This document shows, piece after piece, positions 10,885 through 22,927 of a DNA stretch of 33,131 bases. The notes below the pieces were generated by a model. That model searched no databases, was not told the DNA's origin, and saw only the letters and a program-made list of their open reading frames with translations. Source of the stretch: Chiloscyllium plagiosum (Eukaryota); contig NC_057754.1 in NCBI RefSeq assembly GCF_004010195.1, forward strand, positions 5,002,773-5,035,903, written 5' to 3'. Position 1 is the stretch's first letter; each line of letters starts with the position of its first letter. The translations under genes were made by a program, and so were the position numbers.

Positions 10885-11077
10885 AGAATATTCATGTCAT
10901 TATTTGTGTGTTTACAACTTATAATTTAAAAGGCATCTGGATGGGTACATGAATAGGCAGGTTTTAGAGTGATATGGGCTAAGTGATGGCAAATGGAACT
11001 AGATTTAGGATATCTGGTTGGCATGGACGAGTTGGACCGAAAGGTCTGTTTCCAATCTATACATTTCTATGACTCTA
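10885..11077 (+). mobile_element. CR1 LINE 3' terminal fragment
   Basis: atttaaaaggcatctggatgggtacatgaatagg...ggcatggacgagttggaccgaaaggtctgtttcc...tctatgactcta, closely similar to 28586-28743. Confidence 0.85.
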
Positions 11078-11619
11078 CTGACATACTACAGTTTTTGTCA
11101 CTCGATATCACACTCTAATATCTCTCAGGCACACACAGACACATTTCTCATTCATGGGCCTTCTAATATAGCACAACCTTTTCACACCTATGGAATTATG
11201 AAGTACTGTAGCCTCTCAAATGAATTAGTGCACTACAACATTTACTGTAATAAACGTCTCAAGAGAAACTGACTACTTATTGCAATCTATAATGCAATAC
11301 AGAGACTATATATAATCTTTGTAGCTCAGATATCCATATACAATGGCATGTGATTGTGTAATTATTTCATTGAATTTTCACAAAATATACATGCATTTGT
11401 ACTGCCAAGTACTGAACATCTGCCCCACTTCAACCCAGTCTACCTTCAACCTTCTTTCTCACACAGTTACTTGGATATCTGCATGACTCTACTTTTTCAG
11501 CATACAATTTACAGCACATCTGCATTTTATAGTTGATGTCTGGATATGCATTCAGCTGTTGGCTGCTGCGGGGAAAGTACTCCTTCAGCCTGGTGTCTGA
11601 CATGAGTGAGTTGTCCTAA

Positions 11620-11817
<198 letters not shown>

Positions 11818-12425
11818 TAAAATTTATACCATATTTATGAATGTAGAAGGGGACTCGTGTTCACCTGTGTGCCATTTTAAGTTGTGATGTATGATATAAG
11901 ATGAGCTCTTCCTCAGCTGCAGAATAGATTAATATAGCTCAAGGAGGTCTTTTGGTTCATCTCTTTCAGCTCTGTTTGGAGGAACAATTCAGTGAATCCC
12001 ACTGTTTCCCCAGAGATCAGGAAATTGTTCCTTCTCCGGTTTCCTTTTCTCAAAATTATTATTTAATTTGTTTTCACTGCTCTTTCAGGCAGTGCACTCC
12101 AGATCATCATAATGCTTTTTTTCCCCAAGCCGTCCTCCTGGTGCCTCTGATTCCTTTACCAGCCACTACTGTCTTCTTTAGTGGAATTGTTTTCTTCTTG
12201 TTGTCTTATTAAAATTTCAAGATATTAAACACCTCTATAAAATTTGTACTCTGAGGAGAGTAGTAATAGCTATTCTCATCTGTCCATAAAACTAAAAAGT
12301 CACATGCCTGGTGCATCCTGTTAAATCTCCCCTACACCTTGATATCTAAAACCTTGACATCTTATTTAATATATGGTGCCCGGACGAACACTTCAGCTGA
12401 GGCCAAACTGATGGCTTATAAAGAT

Positions 12426-12733
12426 GGGCAGTATGATGGCTCGGTGGTTAGCACTGCTACCTCACAGTACCAGGGACTCGGGTTTGATTTCACCCTCGGA
12501 TGACTGTCTGCGTGGGTTTGCTCCAGGTGCTTCAGTTTCCTCCCACAGTCGACAGACATTTGGGTTAGGTGGATTGGCCATGCTAAATTGCTCATTGTCT
12601 CCAGGAATGTGTAGGCTAGGTGGGTTAGCCATGGGATATGCAGGATTTGTGGGGGGTGTCTGGGTGGGATGCTCTTCGGAGGGCTAGTGTGGACTCAATG
12701 GGCTGAATGACCTGCTTCGACATGGATTCTATG
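12426..12733 (+). mobile_element. HE1-like V-SINE (tRNA-derived head, CR1-like tail)
   Basis: A-box tggctcggtggttagc; V-domain tctgcgtgggtttgctccaggtgcttcagtttcctcccacagtc; tail tgggctgaatgacctgcttc...ggattctatg. Confidence 0.85.
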
Positions 12734-12982
12734 CTTGTATTATGTTCTGAAATAGGAAAACATTACCAGAAGCAAAATCACCAAAATGGAAATTTAAAAC
12801 AACCTACTACTGTCTCTGGACTGAACTCCACATTAATCCCCAAACATGCTGAAATTATGTGTCAGTGCATCAGCTGTAACAAGTGACAAAGTGAAGCTGC
12901 GATTGAATAGTATAGGATTATGAAGGATATTGCCGCTGTTCACGCTACAGTGATTACTGAATAAGTTTATTTTTGATTGTAG

Positions 12983-13025
12983 ACTCAGTGAAGGGAAGGA
13001 GTTCCTATTCCAGGCCAAGGACGAG
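12983..13025 (+). CDS. SPTBN2: Beta-spectrin 43-nt PH-domain exon (absent from the ORF track)
   Basis: Acceptor ttttgattgtag|a, donor gacgag|gtaagt; phase 2 to 0. Encodes LSEGKEFLFQAKDE, matching the conserved LxDGxEYLFQAKDx. Confidence 0.95.
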
Positions 13026-13299
13026 GTAAGTGTTTGCAGTTTGATGGAAACAGAGGCATTGACTGTTAGGGAACACACAGGGAGCACTGCCCAGTCATAA
13101 AGCAGAGAACTGGGCATCTTTGGCTCTCACCCCACTAAATACACGTGAACACTATATCACTACAGGATATCAAAGATAACATTTTGTTAGTCCTTTCCTT
13201 GAGGGACTTGGGTAGGATGAAATTGCACGTAGATGCAATAAATCAAATAGTAACATCTTACCTCTGGATCCTGGGTTCAAATCCAGCCCACATTGAAGG

Positions 13300-13504
13300 A
13301 AGGTAGTTTCAATTAGCTCAGTTGGCTGGGCAGCTGGTAATAGACAGTAATGCTAACAGTATGGGTTTAATTCTCAGACTGGCTGAGGTTACCATAAAAT
13401 GCCCTCTTTCTCAGCTTTTCCCCTTACCTGTTAAAACCAACACTAGTTGTCTCTCTCTAATAAGTTATGTCCTATGATCTGGTAAAACTATGGTGACTTT
13501 ACCC
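13300..13504 (+). mobile_element. tRNA-derived SINE (family uncertain)
   Basis: A-box ttagctcagttgg and B-box-like gggtttaattc. It is preceded by a second B-box-like ctgggttcaaatccagccc at 13271-13289, possibly an older SINE head. Confidence 0.55.
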
Positions 13505-13691
13505 CATTGCCTTCCTACACCTGAGCGTCATAGTTAAATTACGTGCCAATATTCACTCCCTGACATCACAGATAGCACATGCTGATAATGTATGAATGTC
13601 CATCTAATTACAGTCGAACAAGAGGTGGGTACAGCATTGCACCAGATTACAAGAAGTGTATTGCTCAAATTTATCTGGACATGTTTTTCAG

Positions 13692-13910
13692 GCTGAAATG
13701 AGCAGCTGGATTGATGGAATCACCACATCCATCACCACCAGTTCCACTAATCAAGATGACCGCTATCCTGCCAATCCACAGGGCCTCACTCGTGCAATGA
13801 CAATGCCTCCTATATCTCCCAACAGTGGTGATACAGTCACTCTGAGGCGGGACAAGGACGGAAAGGAGAAAGATCGAGAGAAGAGGTTCAGTTTCTTCAA
13901 GAAGAAATAG
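13692..13910 (+). CDS. SPTBN2: Beta-spectrin terminal coding exon: PH C-terminal helix and basic tail
   Basis: Acceptor atgtttttcag|gct, stop TAG at 13908-13910. Encodes AEMSSWIDGITTS...GLTRAMTMPPISPNSGDTVTLRRDKDGKEKDREKRFSFFKKK. AEMSSW, TRAMTMPP.SP and REKRFSFFKK are beta-III (SPTBN2) features as I recall them. Confidence 0.93.
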   Translation, partial: AEMSSWIDGITTSITTSSTNQDDRYPANPQGLTRAMTMPPISPNSGDTVTLRRDKDGKEKDREKRFSFFKKK

Positions 13911-15395
13911 AAAGTGGTTCAAAAGCTGCAGAGATTTTTTAAAACAAAACAAAAAGTCACCACACGTTCCACATTTGCACATCATTCCAGTCGATTCCAG
14001 CTTGTTTTTCCGAATGACTCTGTGCCTGACATTCCCGGGGCATGGGAGGGGGACATTTAAAAAAAAACAAACTCAGTTTTATCAATGGGGAAAACAATAT
14101 ACCAACACTTCAGGAACGGTTAGTGGGACATTTATGAAGAACCGAAACAAGAATCACAAGCGATCGGGTCTCGATTATTTTTAGGTTGTCAAGAGAAAGA
14201 GAGAGAGAGAAAATGCTGCAGCTGTTACAAGCACTGAAGTGTAAATTGTGTTGGCTGAGCTGAGAATATTGGGTGCCTGGTTAGCTTTTCTGATGGTTTG
14301 AAGTGTGTTATGTTGGCTCCGTGGACTCGTTTTAACTATTGAAGGACTAACGGGCCCTCAAGCAAGAAGCCTATTGTTTGCTTGTCACTTCTCCCAGCTT
14401 GGTGAGGCAGTGTATCTGAACAGCTGCTGAAATGAGAGAAGAGTTGGAAATGTGTCTATTGCAAGCAGCCACCAAATAGTCACCACCTGTACATTGCCTG
14501 TGCAACTTAACTTTCTTTTCGTTCACATCTTCTGTCTCCCTTGTATACACCTGTCCCATATACACTGTTTACCAGGATGTAAGGAGCGCGGAGTGGGGGC
14601 ATAGCGTGTCAATTAACTGCCTAAAGGATGTGGGAGTAGTTAACTACAACATTAAAATATTTTGTGTATTTATTGAAAACTAAAGATACTTCAAAAATGT
14701 GGGGAGAGGGACAGTATAGAACATCAGGCCTGATTTTTGGAAGATTTTATTTGTCCACCTAAGTGGTTAGATGGCACTTATCACAGCTACTCCTCCCCCG
14801 TAGTCATCCTGCTAATATGCTCAAACTATTTTCAAAACAAATCTATTGTGAATAGGACTCCAACTTGCCAAACTTTCTTTCTCTCTCATAGACCTGTGCT
14901 GTAACAGGTGTTGTTATGAATGATTGTTTTAAAGGAAGAAGCCCACACACTCGCATGCACTCACACACGCACACTGTCTCACGTACATCCACACACACAC
15001 AGATTATAGAAAGTGTCAAAGCATTCTATTTGCCTAAGTGATTATAGTGAAAATTGTAGATTAATTCATTGTTGGTTACTTTTCCTCTTTTGTAGCTTTT
15101 TGAGTTTGAATTCCTATATTAAGCACCTCCCTTTATGCTTTATTGCCAAAGGGCCATTGGCAAAAGCAGCCTCCACTGAGACCTAACTGAAACTGGATGA
15201 TAAATCTGTAGCTTGTTGTAGACCATGTTACAGAATGCTGGAGGTGTTGAAATATAGACCAGTGGTTATGGTTGTAATGCTGTTTGTTAGGAGACAGAGT
15301 GACCTCTCCACCCCAGTGGACTTATGCTCACTTGTCTCAGTTCTCAGCAGCTTCTGCATTAGCTTTCATTAAAGTTTGAAGTTCACCTTGGGTCC
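13911..15395 (+). other. Probable 3' UTR of the spectrin gene (end uncertain)
   Basis: Follows the stop codon and has no recognisable transposons. Candidate poly(A) signals are ATTAAA 14651-14656, ATTAAA 15368-15373 (followed by a T-rich tract near 15406-15413) and AATAAA 16185-16190. Confidence 0.6.
14943..15001. repeat. Imperfect (CA)n microsatellite in the 3' UTR
   Basis: ccacacactcgcatgcactcacacacgcacac...cacacacacaca. Confidence 0.7.
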
Positions 15396-18342
15396 CACTA
15401 TCTCCTTTTTTTTCCTCATGCTGTGATACCTCCAATGCCGCCACTTTGCACCAGCCTACAGCTGGCTGCCCCAACCAAAGCTGTAAATTAGCTAGCACTT
15501 CTCACATTTAGGAAGCAACCCATTAAGTTTGACAGGGGGAAGATTAGGCAGCAGCAGGTAGGAGGGACGTTAGGAGAGGTAAGTGACTGGTTGAACAGAT
15601 ACTTGATGTGAAGGTTTCTGAAGGAGGACAAAGGTAAGAAAATAGCTTAATGGTAGGCCACTGCCATTGTCAAATGGAATGCAATGGAAGTGGGTATAAC
15701 ATAGTGCTCGTATAATTAGAGATCTTCTTGGAGTTGATTTGCTGAGTGTTTTTAAGTACGTGCTGGGACTTTATTTTCGTAAATTTCCCCATGGTCAGAT
15801 TTGACACGTGGAACCCAAATGAAGAAAGAACCCAAAAAGGCATAATGTTGAAGGATGCAAAAGTTGAACTGATGTTAAAAATCAGTTGGCATGGGAACTT
15901 CTTTAAAAATAAGTTCCAAGAATTGAGAATTTACTGGAATCTCAAAGGGAGAGCCTGCAGCAGTGAAGGGAGAATATTCTGAGTTTGTTACTAAAAGCTC
16001 CTCTGGGAGACTAACAGGAACGGTTAATAGTTGGAGACCTTAATTGTGACAACCTAATATTAACACAAAATGTTATTCAAAAATTGTGACAACAAGTTAT
16101 ATCTTTTAAAGAGGGAATAGCAACAGGCTTGAGAATTGGAATATATTATAGGCAAATGACAGTAGTGCTAGAGTTCTTTTACACAATAAATTCCATTTGA
16201 AATATTTTTACAGCTGAAGTTTGATAGTGGATTCGAGACTGTCCAGCTTTGCATCAAGATACCTGCAGTGCACAAATACCCAGAGGAGGAAGTGGCAGAA
16301 ACAGACCTCATGGTCAGAGTGGGGAGACTGCAACAGGGCTACTGGCAGATGTTCTCTTGTGTTTCTCACTGTTATGTGATAGCAATTTCGAATGACTTTT
16401 TGCGACAGAGTCACCAGCAGTAGCTGATTTTATGGTGTCATACTAATTTGGAAAGAAACAGTGGCTAATAACATGCAGTAACTGGCCTTTTTATGTGCAA
16501 ATGCAGTTGTTAATTTGCAGCGAGTCCAATATGTTTCCACATGGTACACTGCATGTGCAATATTCACGATTCACTCCCTCAGATTGTTTCCATTCACTAG
16601 TGACAATCTAACCAGTATGTCTTCCTAGTGCTTAGCAGTTCATAATGCAAGTTTGAACTTTAGAGGTAAGTGCTTTATGCAGTTCAGTTGGGTACTGCAT
16701 TTTGAATGCTCTTGATGTTCAACTTTGCTGAGATCCTTGATGGCTTGATCTGAAACGTGGAACCTAGGGGAAATCTTTTGTAGGGATTAATGAGTAGTCA
16801 GCTTAGCCCTGAAAGATGCAAGAGGAGAACACATCAGTTTCAGTATTGTAAGAAAATGATTCGAGTCCCAAGCGTTCATCTTCCAAAAGGAATCTTCTCA
16901 GACATGGTTAACTTAGTGCCACTGTGGTACTGCCAAGAGCACACAGACATCGTACACCTAGTGCCATTGTTCTATTGGGCTAGCCAAACCTGTTTGACCA
17001 ATTAACCTGCTAATCCGGTTACACATCTCTGCCAACATCTTGGCACAGCTATTGCGCTGGTGGTGTAGATTCATATCTAGATTGTATTTCCTAGCCTATC
17101 TGAGTGGTGAGCACTTGAAGCTGCATTTGTAAGAGGATTCTTCTTTCCTCTTCTTTAAATCATTTGTGCTTTAGAAATTAAAGTTGAGAAATGGTTTAAT
17201 GGCTGTCACTGCATTTAAAAGGAACTGTACTTCCTTAGAAACTGGGGGAAAGCATTTCTGGGGGTTTGTGTAACATTGAGACTGAGATCTCCATATCAGT
17301 GAAGCAACTTTGCAAAACATCGCTTATCAAAATTTAGCCCATCCTTTGCAAGTGAAGAACCTGAATCTCAAAAGTGGTTTTACAAATGAACATCAAAAGC
17401 AGAGATTACAGCAGTAGGTCCTCCCAGTGCACATGAGTTCATCAAGTCTTAATGATGTTTCATATAGCGTTAGGGATGGGAAAATCAACCAGGGCTCACC
17501 ATTCACTGACCCCTGCTGGCCAATGTGTGGGTGTTTGACAGATTCTGTTAACTAGCCAGATGTTTTCCAATTTAGATAGAATTGCCAATCACGTAAAGTG
17601 CTGGAGAGCAGAGTTCCCTGGGGAGCTAAATCCACAACTCCACATGAGTGAGTTAAAGAGAGGAACAAAATGAGAAGATCCATACCCAAGGAAACAAGTA
17701 TAATTGGATCATCATTAGCAGCCAGAACCTTTTTATAATATCTAAACTGTATGTCAGAATTATAAGGATGTTGTGTGCTTTAAACTAGTTTTATAATGCT
17801 TAATTCAGAAGTTATGTAGGTTGGGGAAATGGTTTATAAATTGATTGATTTACTGGCAGGGGATTCAAGAACAATATAATGTTAGAAAAGGTTGTATTGA
17901 GCTAAATAAAAATGGAAAATGATGACAAATTGCATTGCTGGTGATCTGAAATAAAAACAGAAGGTGCACAGCAGATCTCATGGACTCAAAAAGTCTGATT
18001 GAATTCATCTGTTGTTTCTCCTTAAGAAGCCAACTGACTTCCACATTTTTGGTTGTGGTGATGAGTTGTGGCTTTAAAACAAAGCTTCACCTTAATCCAA
18101 TATTAATCAGGTTATACCCATTCAGATGCTAGCAGAAAGATTACCACTCCTCCCTACCAAACCCTAAAGAAATCAACATGAGTCCAATTGATGTTTGGCC
18201 ACCTTTGGCATTTTTGGTAAAGAATTGGAGCTTTTCTGTGAAGTGATTTTCCATGCACTTGGAGTTCAAGAGGCAAGGTAGGAAACGTGCAAATATTGAT
18301 TTAGTGCAGAGCATGTTCTTTTTAAGGTTAGAATATTGGCAA

Positions 18343-18490
18343 TGTATCTAATCCGGTGATGTACCTGACTTGGGGGTACAGTGTAGGGGAAGCTTTACTC
18401 TGTATCTAACCCCATGTCATTCTGCCTTGAGAGTTTTTGATATGAACAGGCATCTAACTTGCCCTGGGAGTGTTCAGTGGGGAAGAGTGT
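18343..18490. repeat. Second degenerate block of the same minisatellite family as 10012-10250
   Basis: tgtatctaatccggtgatgtacctgac...cagtgtaggggaagctttactctgtatctaaccccatg...gccctgggagtgttcagtgggga. Confidence 0.7.
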
Positions 18491-19330
18491 GCCTGAAATT
18501 ATGCTTCACCTAACAATTCTGTACAAAACATGAGTGCTGGATACGAATATTCACATCACTCAGGTTAATGAGCACATAAGTCAGAGTGAATAACAATGAA
18601 GCTAGGTGGAAATGTTTGCTCAGCCACCACTCACTTGATTAATTGTGAAGGACTTCATCTAATTAAATTGGATAAATTGGAGTCAGCTATTTCTGATAGC
18701 TGTCTCTCAGGTGCTCATAAATCATCAGTCACTGATCCACCCCAGATCCATACTAACAGAAGTGAAAAGCTATTGAATGTGCAGTTGCATTTGGAAGGGA
18801 AGGAATCTAATAGACCACAGAGCAAGCTTGTTTAATAACCTGGTTCCCACCAGGGTGTTCAAAATGTTCCCTTAAAGGCTTACTAATGAATGGAGTGGCC
18901 TTGGTGTTCCCATTTAAAGTTCTTGTTTGGAATATTATAATCTCTATTTACTGGCTTCTTATTGTACTGAAAATAAAGAGTGCATTTAAAACGTCTTCTA
19001 GTGCCTTGCTTGTCGTTGTTAAGAGTTTCAGAGATTCATAGCAAAAATGATAATGTTTTTATGCTGTTAAAAATTGACGATCTGTTCAATTGGTTAAGGA
19101 GGCTTGCAAGTAAACCATCCGGGCAGGGAGATTTGATTTCTGATCTCAAACAGGATGAAAGATTGATGTGGTTGGGCTGCCATTCCTGCTGTTGCTATCC
19201 AGTAACCCCCACCTGACAGTTTATGCTTTCAAGCAACATGGGTGTGCATTCCGTCAAGCTGAGCAGTGACACCTCCACAAGGGAACAGCTTGCTGGAAAT
19301 TATTCTGTGGGATTTCCTACCTGAAACAAT

Positions 19331-19349
19331 ATCCACTAGAGGGCAGCAG
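19331..19349 (+). promoter_or_regulatory. CTCF-binding motif candidate
   Basis: atCCACTAGAGGGCAGCag matches the core consensus CCASYAGRKGGCRS; lies in non-repeat DNA downstream of the gene. Confidence 0.6.
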
Positions 19350-19469
19350 ACATTAAGAAGAGGATCGTAACAGTACCAACTGCTATCGGTAAGAGGGGGA
19401 GAAAAGTTAGATTGTTTCTCTAATATTCTGCTAACTTTTGTTGTTATAAATAGAAAATCTATAAATAGT

Positions 19470-19990
19470 CATTGTGTTTACAGCTTGGAAAGAGGCCCTT
19501 TGGTCCAACATGTCCATGTTGGTTATCAAGCAACTATCCAGTCCCATTTTCCAGCAATAATTCTTCCTTAAATCCTCTCTAAACCGCTTTGCCTTAAATC
19601 TGTGCTGTCTGGTTATTGACTCTTCCTCTGAGGGGAATCAAGTAACCCCATAATTATTTTTGCTCTTCAGCTTGTCTAGTCTCTCTTCATAACTAAAACG
19701 GTCCAGGTCAGGTGAAATTCCTTTGAACTCTCTCAAGTGCAATAAAATCCTTCCTATGAGCGTACTGCGACTAATAAGGACAGGTATGCCATATGCCTTC
19801 TTAAGCACTTATCCATTTGTCCTATTACCTTCAAGGATCCAAAGTACCTCTGAACTTTCTAGGGACCTACCACAATGAATGGTAGATCCCTAGAAAGTTA
19901 CCTTAGCTCTCAAAATGCATTTTCTCAAGATTTTCTGGATTAAATTCCATTTGCCACTGTTCTGCCCAAATGACCGTCCCATCTATAATA
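19470..19990 (-). mobile_element. Heavily degenerate CR1 fragment
   Basis: cagcttggaaagaggccctttggtccaacatgtccatg tail, plus antisense ORF2 motifs (ccatatgccttcttaagcacttatcc, ctggattaaattccatttgccact). Confidence 0.65.
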
Positions 19991-20269
19991 ATTATGGTAT
20001 AATGTTTCCACCCTTACAACTTAGCACACAGAATACCAAGACAAGGGGTTAGTGCTAACTTTTATACAGTAAATCACTGGTTAGATCCTGTGGATACTGG
20101 AGATGAGTGCTGGGGGAATTCAGGGTGTGTGGCAGTATCTGTGGAGACAGAAACTGTTAATGTTTTGAGTTTGATACGACCCCACTTCACAGCTGGAGTA
20201 TTCTATGCACTATACATTAGAAACGATATAGAAAATGCAGATTGATAGAAACAAATACAGAATTATAGG

Positions 20270-21545
20270 GGCATGTGTAAGGCCGTTTGAGCCTGCTCCC
20301 ATCATTCAATATGATCATCCAGCTCAGATCCCTGTTCCTGCTTTCTCCCCATATCATTTGATCATTTTTGTTCTAAGAACATATCTTTTTCTTTCTTGAA
20401 AGTCTTTAAAGTTTTGGCCTCAGCAGTTTCCAATGGCAGAGAATTCCACAGACTCACCATTCTGGCTGAAGAAATTTCTCATCTCAGTCGTAAAATGGCC
20501 AACCCTTAACTTTAGACTGTGATCCCTAATTGTGGTCATTGAGAAAATCCTTCCTGCATATACCTTGGCTAGTCCTGTTAGAATTTTATCAGTTTCTATG
20601 AGATCGCACAACCTACCCCCACCCCCCCCCCCCCAAAAAAATCTTTTAAACTCTAGAGAATATCATCCTAAGCTATCCAGTGTCTCCCCACACATTAGTA
20701 CTGCCATCCCAGGAATGGCCAAAACATCCTTCCTCAGTTAAGGAGACTGTAACTGCACACAATAATCAAGGTGTCTTATCAATGCACTGTATGGTTGCTG
20801 CAAGACATTTCTGCTGTATTCAAAACCTCTCATTGTGAAGGCCAACATGCCATTTGCCTTCTTCATGATACAATGCTTACTTTCAGGACTTGTGTAAATG
20901 TTCACCCAGGTCTTGTTGCACCTCTCCGCCTTCCCAATCTATCACCTTTCAGGTAATGATCTGCCTTCCCATTGTTGTTAACAAAGTGAATCAGCTCACA
21001 TTTACCCACGTTAAGCTCCATCTGCTATATATTTGACCACTTATTTAACTTGTCAAAAATGGCATTAATGATCAGGAATTTCAGATACATGAAAGGATTA
21101 CATAACATCAGAAGCATCCTGCACTATTAAGAATTCTGTGAAACATGAATAGGCCATTTGGCCCCTCGAGCCTGCACCATTATTCAGTAAGATGATTGCT
21201 GATCCTCTTTTTCAGCTACCATTTTCTGCACTATCACCACTTCTCTGCCTTGATTTCTTCAGCATTCAAAAATACTCAATATCTCTGGACTTGAATATAT
21301 TCACTGACTAAGCATTCACAGCTCCTTGGGGAAAACCATTAGAAAGAAATTTATTATTTCAGTCCTAAATTTCCAATACATTAGTCAGAGATTGAGACAC
21401 TGGTTCCTCCCACCATCTGGCCTGTCCATCCTCTTTGAGGTTTGTATATTTCAATGAGATCATCTAAACTTTGGAGAAATCCGTAGAATATTGGCATACT
21501 CTGCTCAGTCTCTTTCCCTTTATCCCAGGAATCAATCTGGTAAAA
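20270..21545 (-). mobile_element. Two degenerate CR1 fragments (about 20270-21050 and 21145-21545)
   Basis: The minus ORF 20420-20611 gives DLIETDKILTGLAKVYAGRIFSM...RDHSLKLR..MRNFFSQ (CR1 ORF2 C-terminus). A second tail, aataggccatttggcccctcgagcctgcacc, starts near 21149. Confidence 0.75.
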
Positions 21546-21554
21546 CCTGGGGGT

Positions 21555-22180
21555 TCAGGTATAAGTAATTATTTGAAATTTACATCACAGATAGACAGGA
21601 TGGTTAAGAAAGCATTTAGCATGCTTGTCTTCATTGCTCAGACCTTTGAGTTGGGACGTCATGGTGAGGCTTCTTCTGGAGTACTGTGTGCAGTTGTGGT
21701 CGCTTGGAGAGTTCAGAAAAGATATACTATGTTGTTGACAGGAATAGAGAATTTGAGTTATCAAAATAGGTTCAATAGACTCGTACTTTCTTCACTGGAC
21801 TGTCGGAGGTTGAGGGCTGACCTTACAGAGGTTTATAAAATCATGAGGGGCATGGATAAGGTGAATAACAAGGGTCTTTTCCATAGGTTGGGGAGTTCAA
21901 AACTAGGCGGTATAAGTGTTAAGGTGAGGGGGAGAGATTTAAAAAAGACATGAGGGGCAACCTTTTTACACAGAGTGGTTTTGTGTGTGGAGTGAACTTC
22001 CAGAGGAAGTGGTGGATGCAGATCGCAGCATTTAAAAGACATTTGGATAAGTACACGAATAGTAAAGGTTTGGAGGGATATGGGCCAAATGGATGTAAGT
22101 GGGACTAAGTTAGCTTGAGAATATGGTCAGCATGGACTAGTTGAACTGAAGGGTCTATTTCCATGCTGTAAGACTCTATA
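21555..22180 (+). mobile_element. CR1 LINE 3' fragment (ORF2 C-terminal pseudogene)
   Basis: SQIDRMVKKAFSML...RVQKRYTMLLTGIENLSYQNRFNRLVLSSLDCRRLRADLTEVYKIMRGMDKVN; ends with a ...ccatgctgtaagactctata tail. Confidence 0.9.
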
Positions 22181-22927
22181 AATTAACTAGACGTGACCTC
22201 CTTAAAACAGAAGGTTAAAGGGAGGGATACGCAGGGGTCTGATTAAGTAGATAGGGAGAGTTTTCTGGTTAGCCAGGTTATGTTAAAGAAGAAAAGTATC
22301 ATGCAGGTCTTTTAAGTCCCCACATAAAATCAGACTCTCTGGGGGGAGCAGGTTGACTCAGTTGCTAGATAGCTGCTATGACCTAAACCAGGTCAGTACC
22401 AGGGGTTTGATCGCCATTCTGACTGGAATTGATTCAGGACTTGCCTCCTTGTCCTACCCATAATGAAGGTCTTGGCACTGGACGTCAGCCCTGCCCTTGG
22501 ACAGAGAACTGTAAAGAATCTGGGGTGAAACAACATTTCCCAGTAGGAGGTTAGTAATTAGAGGACTTAGATTAAGAAAAATGGTTTGAAAAACTGCAGC
22601 TTTAGAATTAAGGACACAAATCTGGGTGGATAAAGTGCAAAACGTATATGGGATCATTTGGCTCTGTAAGTTTTAGTATAGACTTCAAAAGCAGCATGTG
22701 TATGTAAAACCTGTATAGATCATTGGTCAGACTGCAGTTACAGTATTGTGGCAAGTTTCTGGACTCTAACTTTTATGGTATTACAACCTTCACTAAAATA
22801 AAGAGATTTATGAAAATGAAAGTAGAAATTAGCACATGGGTAAAGTTTTATTTTCCATTAGAACATGGGTGAAGAGGCAAGAGGTCTGTAATTTTTCTTC
22901 TCATGGGGAAGATGAGAAAAATGTATG

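Noticed and set aside
10618..10929. Track ORF of 103 aa
   Set aside because: Alternative frame overlapping the real exon 10614-10828.
13671..13985. Antisense ORFs over spectrin exons (also 3651-3938 and 12833-13117)
   Set aside because: Shadow ORFs of the coding strand with no independent coding signal.
16042..16093. 12-bp direct repeat aattgtgacaac at 40-bp spacing
   Set aside because: Too short and AT-rich to support a function.
16214..16423. 69-codon open frame after a good acceptor (tatttttacag|) as an extra exon
   Set aside because: No recognisable homology, lies after the spectrin stop codon and just beyond AATAAA 16185-16190; the length is compatible with chance.
17470..17630. Possible ancient SINE-like repeat (related antisense stretch near 1780-1870)
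   Set aside because: The resemblance is too degraded to assign a family or boundaries by eye.
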